Origin: Camelus ferus
Taxonomy: Eukaryota
DNA length: 64,000 bases
Direction of reading: 5' to 3'
Assembly: GCF_009834535.1 (NCBI RefSeq)
Contig: NC_045697.1
Location: forward strand, 10,852,001 to 10,916,000
Positions 1 to 12,466 of the stretch are shown here, piece by piece (the stretch's first letter is position 1; every line of letters starts with the position of its first letter). Below the pieces are notes generated by a model. It saw only the letters and a list, made by a program, of their open reading frames with translations, did no database searches and had not been told where the DNA came from. Position numbers and translations under genes: made by a program.

Positions 1-7
1 ATTTTGA

Positions 8-362
8 TGAGTTTGCGCTGCTATAACAAAATAGCATAAACTGGGTGAGTTTTTAAACAACAGAAATGTATTTTCATAGTCCCTGGCATCTGAAAGTCCA
101 AGATCAAAGTGCCAGCATGGGTAGTGACTGGTAAGGACCCTCTTCCAAGTTGCAGTTGGCCATCTTCTAATTGTATCTCCCTATCACGGAAAGAGGGCAA
201 GAGACGTCTCTGGACTGTCTTTTTTGAGAGCACTAATCTCATTCACTAATCTTATTCCACCTTCACGGAGACGCCCCAAGGCCCCATCCCTAATGCCACC
301 ACAGTAGGGGAGAGAATTTCAACAATGAATTTTGGGGAAACACAAATATCGAGTCTGTTACA
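8..362 (-). mobile_element. MaLR LTR, MLT1A-like
   Basis: Typical reverse MLT1A text: gctgctataacaaaatagcataaactgggt ... aagtccaagatcaaagtgccagca ... atgaattttggggaaacacaaatatc. Similar copies lie at 37176 and 53843. Confidence 0.8.
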
Positions 363-367
363 CCGAA

Positions 368-500
368 AGTCATTCACTACCACTTCTGCTGTATTCTTTG
401 GTCATTCATATTAATGTTGATACAATAAGAAAGCTGACTACACAAAGGTGTGGATATGAGAGGCCAGGGTGATTGGGGGCCACTCTGGAGGCCACTGGAG
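368..500 (-). mobile_element. Older MaLR LTR fragment (MLT1F/G/H-like)
   Basis: cacttctgctgtattctttggtca ... actacacaaaggtgtggatatgagaggccagggtgattgggggccactctggagg resembles the reverse 5' end of old MLT1 LTRs. Confidence 0.55.
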
Positions 501-502
501 TC

Positions 503-695
503 TTCTGCTACTTATCAGCTGTGTAATGTTGGACATATTATCAAATTTCACTGTGTCTCAGTTTCCTCATTTGTAAAATGAGAATATTGATATTGCCTAC
601 CCCATACATACGTTTTTTTTGAGAATTAAATGAGTTAGTATTTACAAAGCCCATAGTACATTACTTAGAACACAGTACAGACTAAGAAATGTTCA
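503..695 (+). mobile_element. MIR SINE
   Basis: MIR core ctgtgtctcagtttcctcatttgtaaaatgagaat ... gagaattaaatgagttagta. Confidence 0.8.
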
Positions 696-1298
696 CGTAA
701 TACTTTTATACTTCTCTAATTCAGTATTACTCAAAAAGCCAGTCCACCATGAGATAAGGGGCCAACACAAGAATATAAATCAATTGCTTCCTTTATTGAG
801 GGAATTGTGTTACTAAAAAAGGAAAAGTCAGTTGTAGATTAACAAAAAAATTAATTAGAAAAAAGTCACTTAAACAAAATACTACATGTAATGGTGTAGT
901 TGAGTTGCCTTCAGGAACAATCTGTTAGGTGTAGACAGAAAAAGCAATTTGCAGACCAACAGCCAGTCACAAATCACTCTTTGAGTAGTGCTTTCTTAGC
1001 TCTTGGTAACATCCCCTTTTCACCACAAGATCGCAAGCAATGGCATTGTTTTTTTTTTCCTTTCTTCTCTTTGCTTCTTAATTTCTTAAAATGTAGAGGG
1101 AGGTGGGTGAGAGTGGGGAATTTTTATAAAACTGACAATGTGGTAATGAAATGCAGAAGAATGGAGATGAAGAGGAGCATGTGTTTGACAGGTGAAGTCA
1201 TGGAAAGTTACAAAAGGACACTTTCATCTGTTTAATGGCAAGTAGTTGTTTTCCTTCATTTACAGATGTGATACGGAATTTCTTTTAAAATAAATTTA

Positions 1299-1815
1299 TG
1301 CCTTAGTTTGGGTTTCTTAAAAGCAGAGCTTGAGACAGACTTGCCTGTAGGTTATTCATCCGGAAAGTAATTCTAGGGAGCAGAAACTGGGGAGAAGATA
1401 GGGAGACAAATACAAGGATGAATTGTTGAACTGGCCACTGCTACAGGGGATCAGTGTTTTGCCTCACCAGGATCTTCTGAGAGCTTTTTGAAATTCTTCT
1501 CTCCCTGGGATGTAAAAGGGAAAAACATTTATCCATCAGCTTTCTTCCCCTATTAGTCAAAGATGGTCTCCAGGTCTTATTCTCTTTTACTTCTAAAGTT
1601 GCATATTGCAGGGAAGTGTTGTATGGGTTCCCCAAAGGAGTCAAGGACTGTGTCAGAAAAGCTCAAGGCTAGGAAACAAGAAGTATGTCGGGCAGATGTT
1701 GGCCAGGTGCTCTGTGATCAATCCCTTGGCAGAGCTAGTCAAAATCTGCTGCTTGGAGCTTTCACAGCAGTAGCGATAGCGAAATGCAGGCCCAGGAAGA
1801 TTTCTGTGGATCACA
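1299..1815 (-). mobile_element. ERVL LTR, LTR16/LTR33-like
   Basis: Begins tgccttagtttgggtttcttaaaagcagagcttgagaca, the same reverse 3' end as the LTRs at 45761 and 48493. Confidence 0.55.
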
Positions 1816-4173
1816 AGAAATGTTCAGTAGAATGCATTAAAATAAAGAAACACATTTTGAAAATAAAATATATTAAGTAGGGACTTGAAGTTTCAGGCTC
1901 AAACCTGTAAAGAGCTTAGAAGTCATCACTCCCATCCTTATATGAAAAAGCTGGATAAACTGAAAGTCAGTGACCTTTCCCAGATCCATCAGAGAAGTAA
2001 GAATGGACACTCAGAGAAGGTTGGACTCAAAGAAGTGTGAAAGCAAAGAAGTGTGAATGCAGAGCAAATTGCCACCTCCAAGTGAACAGAGATGGAGATT
2101 TGCTTACCTTGAGAGAAGCTCATAGAGCCATGAACTAGTGGGAACATTCAAATGGTAATTTCAACAAACTGCCAGATATGGCACATGAACTAGTGTAAAG
2201 GTGAAAAACAACTGGGGCCCATCTGTCTCAGGCACCTCCCCCCCAAACTTCCATGAACTTTCCCTCCAGGAATCCCATCAGGTTCTCATGGTGGGCATCT
2301 GAGAAACCCCTCCTGTAGGTCTGGCAGCCACTGTGAAATAAGCCCAGAGCTATCTTCATGACAAAGTCCTATTCTCCTAGGATAGGACTTTGCTGAAGGA
2401 GGCTTGTTCCAGATGGAACAGGGGAATTCCTCCCACTCCAGCCTTTCGTCCCAGCTACAGGGAAAAATTCATTTTCATCAGGAAACAGGACTTAGAGATA
2501 ATAGACTGGGAATGCTGTAGTCAGGGATGAGAGTAGGGAGCAGGGGGGAAACGGTTATTTCACTGAAGAAATGATGGGAAAGTCACAGTCCCAAGACCTA
2601 GGCTCACTAAAAGGCTGAGGTTTAATTGGAAGATATAATGCTCTTTCTCTCTCTCTGACATCTTATCACCATCCCAACAGGGCTCCAATATAACAATGGA
2701 TTACAGGTTAATAAAATGGCAAATTTTCTCTGGAGAAGGGTACATAGGGAAGCCCAAAGTCAAAGAGGAGACAAAATGAATAACGCTAGAGGAGTTTGAA
2801 GCCTCAGGCATCTCCAGCTACAAGAGACATTAAATACAGCCCCAATGTTGGCCAGATTAACATATATCATTACAGTAATGCCTATTTACCTTAGTCCTTA
2901 CTACCTGATATAATGTGTTCCACCTTCAAATAAGGTAAAAGTCATGCCAAAAACAAGAAAACACACTCTGAAGACTTGAGAAACCCATCAGAACCAGATT
3001 CACATCAGATACTGGAATTAACCAAGAGGAACTTGAAAATAATTATTAGTAATATATTAAAGGAAAAAGTAGATAACACTGAAGAACAGATGGGTAATTT
3101 AAGCAAAGACATGGGATTTCTAAGAAAAAAGTCCAAAGGAGATGCTAGATAAAAACCCCACAGTAACAAAGAAGAGTGCCTTTGATGGCCTCATTAGTAG
3201 ACTAGATGTGGCCCAGGAAAGAATCAATGAACTTGAAGGCAGGTCAATAAAAACTCCCAAAACTGAAATGCAAAAAGAGAAAAGAATGAAAAACCAAAAT
3301 ATATCAAAGAACAGTGGAACAATCTCAAGAGCATGACATCTGTGTAATGGAAAGACTAGAAAGAGAAGAAAGAGAACAGAGCAGGAGAAATATTTGAAGA
3401 CATAGCAGACAAGAATTTTTCAAAATTAATGACAGACATCAAACTATAGATCCAGGAAGCTCAGAAAACAGCAAGCAAGATAAATATCCAAAATCAACAC
3501 CTAGGCATGTCATATTCAAATCACAGAAAACTACACAGAGAAAATATTGAAAGAAGTCAGAATAAACAGCTTACTTAGGGGAGGAATAAGGATAAGATTG
3601 CATCAGACTTCTTATCAGAAACTGTGCAAGAAAGAAGGAAGTGGAGAGAAATATTTAAAGTGTTGAAAGAAATACCCACCATCTGAGAATTTTATATACA
3701 GCAAAGTTATCTTCCAAAAGTGATAGAAAAATAAAAACTTTCTCAAACAAAAACCGAAGCATTCACATCAGCAGACTTGCAAGAAATGTTAAAAGATGTT
3801 CTTCAGGAAGGAGGGAAATTATAAAGATCAGAAACTTGGATCTATATAACGAAAGGAAGAGTGACAGAGAAGGAACAAATAAAGATAAAACAAAATCTTT
3901 ATTTTTCTTCTTCTTAATCAATCTAGAAGATAACTGTCTGCTTAATGCAGTAATAGGAACAATGTATTGGGGCAATGGTAGCATATGGATAAGGGAAATA
4001 AATGATAACAATGTCATAAGTGATGGGAAGGAGAAATTGTTAATATTTCACTAAGAGGCACTTACACTATCCATGAGGTGGTATAGTGCTGTGTGAAAGT
4101 GGACTTAGATTAATTGTAAATGTGTATCACAAACTCTGGCAATCACTGAGAGAACAGACAAAATGGAATCATA

Positions 4174-5801
4174 CTCAAAATGGATCATAGACCTAAATGC
4201 CAAATGCAAAACTATAAAACTCCTAGAAGACAATATAGGAGGAAATCTAGGTGAACTTAGATTTGGCGATGACTTTTCAGATATAATACCAAAAGCAAAT
4301 TCATGAAAAAAACTGATAACTTGGACTAGATTAAAATTTAAAACTTCCAAAAATAAATAAATAAATAAATAAATAAAATTTAAAACTTTCTCTGTTAAAG
4401 ACACTCTTAAGAGAATGAAAGGATAAGTCATAGACTAGGTGAAAAATCTTTGCAAAACATATATCTAACAAGGAATTGGAAATCAAACTTTACAGAGAAC
4501 TTTAAAAACTCAATAACCAACAATAAGAAAGCAAACAATTCAATTAAAACGACAGCAAAATTCCTGAAAGAAGATATACAAATAAGCATATGAAAAGATG
4601 CTCAACATCATATACCATTAGGGAATTACAAAGTAAAATGACAATGAGATATCACTGCATGCCTATTAGAGTAGTTAAAAATGCAAAACACTGGCAACAT
4701 CCAAATGCTTGTAGAATGATGTCAGAGGCGAAACAGGAGCTCTTATTTGTTGCTGGTGGGGAAGGGCACAGCTACTTTGGAACAGTTTGCTAGTTTCTTT
4801 AAAAAACTAAACACATTCTTACCATATGACTCAGCAAATGTACTCCTTGGTGTTTACTTAAATGAGTTGAAAGGTTATATTCACACAAAAACTTGTACAT
4901 GAGTTTTCTAGTGACTATATTCATAATTACCAAGACTTGAAAGCAATTAAGATGTACTTCAGTAGGTGAATGGATAAGTTACCTATGGTATATCCACACA
5001 ATGAAATATTATACAGTGATTTTTTTATTGGGGTGTAGTCAGTTTACAATGTTGTGTCAATTTCTGATATAAAGCACAATTCTTCAGTCATACATGAATA
5101 TACATATATTCATTTTCATATTCTTTTTCACTGTAAGCTATAAGATATTGAATATATTTCCCTGTGCTATATAGTATAAACTTGTTTATCCATGTTATAC
5201 GTACCAGTCGGTATCTGCAAATCTCGAACTCCCAGTTTATCCCTTCCCACCTGCCTCCACCCTGGCAACCACAAGTCTGTATTCTATGTCAATATAGAGT
5301 GATTTTTAAGTATCAGCTATCAAGCTACAAAAAGATATGGGGGAACCTTAAATACATGTTGCTAAGTGAAAGAGACTAATCTGAAAAGCTATGTATTATG
5401 TGATTCCAATATATGACATTCTGAAAAGAAGCAAAAACTATGGAAACAGCAAAAAAGACCAGTGGTTGCCAGGGGTTTGTTGGAGGAAGAGGGAAGGATG
5501 AAGAAGTGGTACACAAGTAATTTTTAAGGCAGTGAAACTATTCCGTGTGATACCACGACGTTGGATGCAAGTCATGGTATGTATGTTAAAACTCAGAAGG
5601 TACAACACAAAAAGTTAGCTGTAAGGTAAACTATGGACTATAGTCAATAATAATGTATCAATACTGGCTAATCAGTGTAACAAATATACCACAGTAACGC
5701 AAGATGCTGAGGGATGGAAGAAAGTATATGAGAACTCTGTAATTTTTGGCCAATCTTTCTGTGAAACCAAAACTATTCTAAAAATTAAAGTTTATTAATT
5801 A
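4174..5801 (+). mobile_element. 5'-truncated L1 (L1MC1/2-like) inserted between ORF1 and ORF2 of the older L1
   Basis: ORF2 3' region (aaatggatcatagacctaaatg; ORF 4590 MKRCSTS) plus 3' UTR and A-rich tail. Flanked by TSD aaaatggaatcata (4160-4173) / aaaatgtaatcata (5802-5815), one mismatch. Confidence 0.8.
5021..5292 (-). mobile_element. Lineage-young L1 3' end (camelid-type)
   Basis: T-tail followed by agtttacaatgttgtgtcaatttc..., shared with the copies at 12948, 33508 and 56461. TSD-like atacagtgattttt / atagagtgattttt. Confidence 0.8.
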
Positions 5802-7150
5802 AAAATGTAATCATATGAAGTGCTCAATTAAAACTAAATAAGGCAAGAAAAAGAGAGAAAAGAAACCAAGAACAAATGCAATAAATAGAAAGCAGTAACA
5901 AACATGAGAGATACTCATCCAATCACACCAATAATCACTTTAAATGTGAATGGTCTCCATACATCAATTAAAGGATAGACATGGCATGATTGGCTATGTA
6001 CCCTAAAGAAGCTACAAAAATCCCCAACAACTCTTGAACTAATAAGCAAGTACAGCAAGGTCACGGGATGCAAGGTCAACATACAACAGTCAATGGCTTT
6101 CCTATATACTAACGATGAACAATTAAAATTTGAGAAGAAAATACTATTTGCAACTGCATATGAATATAATCTTTAGATATAAATCTAACAAAATATATGC
6201 AGGATATGTATATGGAAAACTACAAAATACCGATAAGAGAAATAGAAGATCTGAATAAATGGAAAGATATTCTATGTTCCTAGTTTGAAAGACACAATAT
6301 TGATTAGATGTCAGTTATTCCCAAGTTGATCTACAGATTCAATGCAATCCCACTCAAAATACCAGCAAGCTATTTTATAGATATCAACAACCTAACTCTA
6401 TAAAACTTAGAATTTACATGGACAAGCAAAAGACCTAAAATAGCCAACACAATACTGAAGAACAAATTTGGAGGACTCACAATACCAAATTCAAGACTTA
6501 CATTAAAACTGATATAATCAGACTGCGTGGTATTGACAAAAGAATGGGCACATTAATCAATGAAACAGAATAGAGAACCCAGAAATAAATCCACAAAACA
6601 TAGTCAACTAATTTTTGACAAAGGAGCAAAGACAATTAAACAGAGGACAGTTTTGTTTGATAAACTGCTAATGGAACAATTAGATGTTCATATGCAAAAA
6701 CATAAACCTAGACATAGATCTTACATATTACCAAAACTTAATTCAAGATATATCATTAACTTCAGTGTAAAATGCAAAACTATAAAGCTATAGAGGGAGA
6801 TATAGGAAAAGTCCTTGTGACTTTGATTTGGCAATAAGTTTTTAGAGATAACGTCAAAAGCATGATTAATAAAAGAAAAAGTGGCAAAGATGGTCTTTAT
6901 TAAAATCAATAAATTTTTCATTGAAAAAAACACTTTTAAAAGAATGAAAAGGTAATCCATATACTAGGAGGAAATATTTGCAAAACATAACTGATAAAGA
7001 ACTTGTATCCAAAGTGCATAAAGAACTCTTAAGCTCAACAATTAAAAAATAAACAACTCAATTGAAATATTGTCAGTATATCTGAGACACCTTACCAAAG
7101 AAGATAGGCAGAATGGAAAATAAGCATCCGAAGATACGTTCAGCATCATT

Positions 7151-7623
7151 GTGTGGTGGGCAGAAAGATGACTCTCCAGATACATCTGCGTTCTAATCTC
7201 CAGAACCTGTACGTTACCATTCATGGCAAAAGGGCTTACAGATATGATTAAGGTTAAGGACCTTGGGATGGTAGATTATCCTGACTTATTCTGGAGGATC
7301 CAATCTTATAAATCCTTAAAGCTTAGAAAGTTTCCTGCTGCACCCAAAATAGATGTGCTGACAGAAGAAGGCTCACAGTGATGCTTTTTGTTGGATTTGA
7401 TAGTGGAAAAAGGGGGGCCATGAGCCAAGGAATATTGAGTATTCTCCAGATGCTGAAAGTTTAGGGAACAGATTATTCCCTAGAGCTGCTGACACCTTGA
7501 TTCTAGCCCAGTAAGACCTGTGTTGAACTTCGAACCAATACTACAGAAATATAACAAATATGTGTTATTTAAATTCCCTAAGTTTGTGGTAATTTGCGAT
7601 AGTAGCAATAGAAAACTAATACA
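7151..7623 (+). mobile_element. MaLR LTR, MLT1D-like, inserted in L1 ORF2
   Basis: tgtggtgggcagaaagatg ... gattaaggttaaggaccttgggatgg ... agtagcaatagaaaactaataca. The L1 sequence resumes directly after it. Confidence 0.8.
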
Positions 7624-8794
7624 ATTTGTCATAAAGAGAAATGCAGATTGAAACTACAGTGAGGTACAGTTACACACCTACTGGAAGGACTAAAATCCAA
7701 AAAACTGTCAATGCCAATTGCTGGTTAGCATCTGAGCAGAAATTCTCTTCATGGATGGTTGGAATGCAAAATGGTGCAGCCACTTGGGAAGACAGTGGAC
7801 ACTTCTTACGAGGATGAAATATCTCACTATACGATCAGTGGTCACGTTCTGAGGTGTTTACCCAGCTGACTTGGAAATTGATGTCCACACAAAAACTTGT
7901 ATATGAATGTTTATAGCAGCATTGTTCATAATTGCTAAAAACTGAAAGTTAACTGGTATTTCCTAAAATAGGTGAATAGATGAATTATCTAAAAGAAATT
8001 GTACATAAGTACTGTACGCTGGTTGATAACATTGTCTCCCACAGGGGTAAGTGCGAACAATTCTGATGCTGCTAACATGTATATCGGAAGTGAAGAATGA
8101 GGTAGGTGGATGGTGGATGGTGGGGGCCAGGCTTCTCGCTGTGGGAGTGGCAGGTTAGGGGCCGACTAGCTGGAAAGGCTAAGATGGTTCCTATGGTAAT
8201 AAATTAGAATTGGAGACATCAGTATGAACTCATGTTTAGCTTAATATTGATATAGATGGTTATATATAGAAATGTTTATAGCTATCTGGGTATCTCAGGT
8301 TAGTATAGACATGTGACTATTTAGCCAGAGTCATGAAATTGACACTCAAATGGCTACAGTGGGGACTTCTTTTTACGAAGGTGTCTCTTTATCCCCAAGA
8401 AGCTCAAAATGGGGAGAAATAGAGGTGAGGGCAAAAAACTGTATTCAAGTAACAGGCACATGGGAATGCAGAGGTAGAGTGGAGATGGGCTAAGATCAGA
8501 TCTAGTAGGTTGGGAAGTCATGGAGGAGCATGGAAGTGAATTTCAAAGAAAGGGAACAGCCTGAACAAAGATACAGAGGTGGACTTGTCATGGTTTACGA
8601 CAAGAACATTGCTAACAGAAGTCTGGGAGCCACTTTGATTGGGTCCTTTCCTTTGCTGCCCACTTCCAATGCTGTTAATTGACCTTGAATTAGTCTTGCT
8701 TTCTGCGTCTCTTTGAAAATTGCTTTGATTTGGGCCATCATCCTCTCTCACTGGCAATACTAGTTGGGTTCCTGGTTCAGGTACTAAAACTGAA

Positions 8795-8955
8795 AGGGTC
8801 TTAAGTTCTTTGTGCCTTAGTTTCCTCATCTTTAAAATACAGATAATCCTACCTCACCTCATGGGGCTTTAGGGAGGATTAAATTAGTTAATATAAGAAA
8901 GAAGGCTTAGGCTGGTGCCTGGCATGTGGCACTATATAAGTGTTAGCTAGTATAT
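8795..8955 (+). mobile_element. MIR SINE
   Basis: gtgccttagtttcctcatctttaaaat ... gaggattaaattagttaatat ... gtgcctggcatgtgg. Confidence 0.75.
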
Positions 8956-9014
8956 TATTCTTCCCTTTGTTTTCAATACTCAGCCAAGAATTAGTTATAG
9001 AGCAAAAAATTAAG

Positions 9015-9470
9015 TGTGGGGTCCACAGACATCTGGCAGGCGCCTGCTCCAAGTCCCCTCAGAAGCCCGGCTGCTGCCCTTTGATGATAACCAAGGACAT
9101 TCCTTTCCTGATACATACCTGCCTTAGCTGGATAATGATCGTCTATATGGTGCCTGGAAGCCTGACCACAGGACCAGTCACGACCGCCTACCAGTGCACA
9201 ACCCCCTTACCAAAATCCCTACCCCTACCTACCCCTTCACGACCGCCTTCTGTGCCCAGTGTCACATAAGCACAAGGAGTAAAAGGTTGCCCTCCCTTAT
9301 AAATAAAGACCTCAGTAACCGACCCTCGGGCTCACACAGGCACCTCTCGTCCCTCGTGAGGCCCACTGATGTCAGAGGCCGCGTATCTAATAAACTCCTT
9401 TCTATTTTCATCCTTTATCTTCGGTAAACTCTTTTACCACCCACGCACCGGCCCGCCAAATCCCACAACA
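9015..9470 (+). mobile_element. Young solo LTR of an endogenous retrovirus (family not recognised)
   Basis: TG...CA termini, perfect 5-bp TSD TTAAG (9010-9014 / 9471-9475), TATAAA at about 9298, AATAAA at about 9389, many retained CpGs. Confidence 0.85.
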
Positions 9471-9874
9471 TTAAGATACAAAAGCAATATGCGTGCCTTG
9501 TCCTCGTTTCTTTCTGATTTGATAATACCCATGCAGTTCAACTGTGATGATGCCCATTTACACTGAGGCCAAATCGCTCATTCCCTGGGCTTTGAGTGCC
9601 CTGGCAGTGGATGCTGTGTGTGTATGTGGGACGTGTATGAGAGAAATAAAATGACTGAAAGGCCTATTATCAACCCCAAAGCGTTACCCTGGGGGTTTTC
9701 GTAGTCTGAGTAGGGAGCCGCAGGGCTATTGCAGTGACAAGACTGACATGAGGAGAGTCGTGACCCACCCCCTGGAGGAGCCCGGTCAGGAGAGCAGCCC
9801 AGCAGACGGCGGTGGCCACACGACCTGGGCGTCAGTGAGCCTGCTCGGGTTATTCTGAGGCAGAGGGGTTTAGA

Positions 9875-10035
9875 GGTAACAGAGTGGACTCAGGAATGCC
9901 AGTCGGATTCCCTCCTCTGTCACTTGCTTGTTTTGTGACTTTGGGCCGATTAAGCTCTGTGCCCCAGTTTCATCGTCTATAAAGTAGGGGTAGTTTAAGA
10001 GTACCTGCACTTTTAGGTCATTTAAATGTGTTAAG
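9875..10035 (+). mobile_element. MIR SINE
   Basis: ctctgtcacttgcttgttttgtgactttgggc ... ctctgtgccccagtttcatcgtctataaagtaggg. Confidence 0.6.
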
Positions 10036-11929
10036 AGAATCGTCCTGGAACATGGGGAGGCCTTCCTAGGGTCAGAGAGGCCCCAGAAAGGTGAAAGTTC
10101 CTGTCCTGATCAACGTACGTAACCCTATTTCCATTCCCCATTCCTCACTGCTCCTGTGAGACCAGCCTGGGCCAGTGTCAGGGCTCGTCAGGGACGGCAT
10201 CCCCACTGTGTCCCCAGTGATTAATCTCCTTGGGTATCTTTAGTGACACGCTGATCGTGGCCTTGGATCTGGCTCATTCCAGCGTTAGACCATCCAAATG
10301 ATTAGAGAGGACCCTCCTATATGAATTGAAAGCTTTTTCCTGTTTCCTTCATCCACTATTGTTTTGCCCTCTGGTCAAAATGGACCTAATCCTCCCTATC
10401 TGACACTCCATCAAAGCACCTGGGATCAGGCCTTCGAGCCAGTCTGAGTCTTTCCTTTTCCAGCCTAACTCTGGAACAATAGTAGCCTATCAGGTCCCTG
10501 AGAGGCTGACTTAACATACCTGAAGTAAACCCAGTGTGGTTTCTCAAAGCCCGCACCTCAGAACCAGTGTGCCCCTGCAGTGCTCAGGGACCAGCCTGGC
10601 GAAGCAGGGATTGTGGGTGTTTGGGAAGAAGTTGACTTCAAAGGTGTTTCATTAGCAGGTTTGTTCGCCGAAGGGTCTGCATGGTCTGATTTCCTCCAAA
10701 CCCCTCTGGAAGCCTCGTTTTCTGATGATCAGTGGTGAAATCCCCAGAACAGAATTGGTTGTGTGAAATTTCAGATTTTATGCAAGTTCACAGCTAGAAT
10801 CAGTGCACAGTTACCGCTAAGAGTTTGATTTTGTCGCTATGAAAGCCCCGCGGATTAGGCCTTTCAGAAGAAAGGAAAAAGCCCCTTCTGAACTTTTAGC
10901 CTCCGTTGGATATTCCACGAGAGAACGGTCTTCATCCTGCCAGTGCATTTACAATGTAAACGTTTTCTTTTCAAGGTTAGGGTTTTTACAGCCCAAGGCC
11001 ACTATTGAAACTGCGGGGGCAGAGCCGGAACAATTCTGCTGGCATTCTAAAAATAAGAAGCTTTATTTTCAAACTGCAGGATGTGGTTTAAAAGACAGAG
11101 TCTCAACAATTTGCTTTTTTGACGGCCACCCGTAGCCCTTTTCTGTCAAAGTGGCCTGGAGAAAGAGGCTGGTCCCACACAAAGGCCATACCGATTTCTG
11201 AGAGCTGCGTAAGATTAACTCTCTTGGACCCCGATAGGAATGTCTTCAACCCTCCCCTCCTCTTAGGGCCCAGGTGATGAACTGTTAGATTCATGGTGGC
11301 TGAATCCTAAGCAGGATCGGGCCTCCATCAGAGATACCAGCAGGGAGAAAATTCTGAAAGGAAATGGAAGCTGCAGTGATGACAGGATTGCAGCACTGGG
11401 GCCTTCGGGAAAAGCTTCTCTCTGCCGTTCTAGAGAGTGAGCCATGCACACGGGGCAGTCTGGGGTTCTTGGTCCTCTCCCTTCCTTCCTCCTTCCCAAT
11501 TCTTAACCTCGGTGGGATGGAGAGAGTGTCTTTTAGCAGAAGAATGCATCCAAAGGATTCAATCAGAGGGCACAGTATTAGCACCCAGAAGACTCATCTG
11601 TCTTGAAGATGCTTTCTCAGAAGGCTCAGGAAGACCCTAGCAGGAGTCAGCCTGGCCCTCTCTGGATGGTGGTCTTCGCCTTGACCATACTGGACTCAGG
11701 CAGCGTGAAGCTAGGACTCTGAGGAATGAGTTTCTTAAAGAAGGGGAGAGAGAGGGAGATCAGAGAGCTGGAGAAGACAGTATCTGAGGCCTGAGTGTGG
11801 GTGGACGGAAACCTGCCCCAATGGGAATGGCAAGCACGTGCCGATCTCTCGGTTGGCTCACGGTCACTGATCAGGAAGACTGTGTACTTTTCAGCAGACC
11901 TATCCAGACCTTGCTGGGCACAACAGCAA

Positions 11930-11934
<5 letters not shown>

Positions 11935-11970
<36 letters not shown>
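11935..11970. repeat. (CA)13(TA)5 microsatellite
   Basis: Read directly. Confidence 0.95.
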
Positions 11971-12026
11971 ATGAATAAATTGATTTATATCATTGTATGT
12001 TATTTATATATATTTACATATAATAT

Positions 12027-12466
12027 TGTGGACATAAAACATCGCCTGCCATTTCAATAAACAAAGGATGTTGCAGCCATAAAGCCATCAGCCGCTGCAG
12101 CTGCCCAGCCATACATCCTGAGGGGACTCAGGATGGAGAAGAACAGGATAATTGTCCCAGATAGTTAAGATGCAGATCAAAGGAGTCGTTTCAGTCGGCA
12201 CAGATTCTTGCATCCTCCCTTGCACAGAAAAGCACTGAAGTCACTAACTTGAGATGCCTGTTTTCGGGGATCAGCAGTCATCTTCCAATGTTTGACGACA
12301 TGTTTTTTCCCAGCAAAAACTCCTGTTTACCCTGGCTCCTCCCTTACCTCTTTGGAACAGTCCCTCAGGGTGATCTGAGAGGCTGCCTTCCTGTGTTACG
12401 GTTCTCAGTAAGGCCACCAAGTAAAACATAGTTTCCAACTTTTAAGTTCTGCGTATTCAGTTGACA
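12027..12466 (+). mobile_element. ERV1 solo LTR, MER41-like (cetartiodactyl type)
   Basis: TG...CA termini (tgtggac ... gttgaca) and 4-bp TSD ATAT on both sides. Internal text ctcctcccttacctctttggaacagtccctcagggtgatctgagaggctg is MER41-like. Confidence 0.75.

Larger units (their letters stand above)
1880..8315 (+). mobile_element. Near-full-length ancient LINE-1 (L1MD-like 3' UTR), decayed, with internal ORF2 deletion and nested insertions
   Basis: Ordered parts: 5' UTR; ORF1 remnant (3142-3336 SAFDGLISRLDVAQERINELEGRS); ORF2 start at 5904 (MRDTHPITPIITLNVNGLHTSIK); ORF2 C-terminal half (6560-6793 QLIFDKGAKTI); L1MD-type 3' UTR at about 8000-8315, whose reverse complement recurs near 52650-52740. 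Confidence 0.8.
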
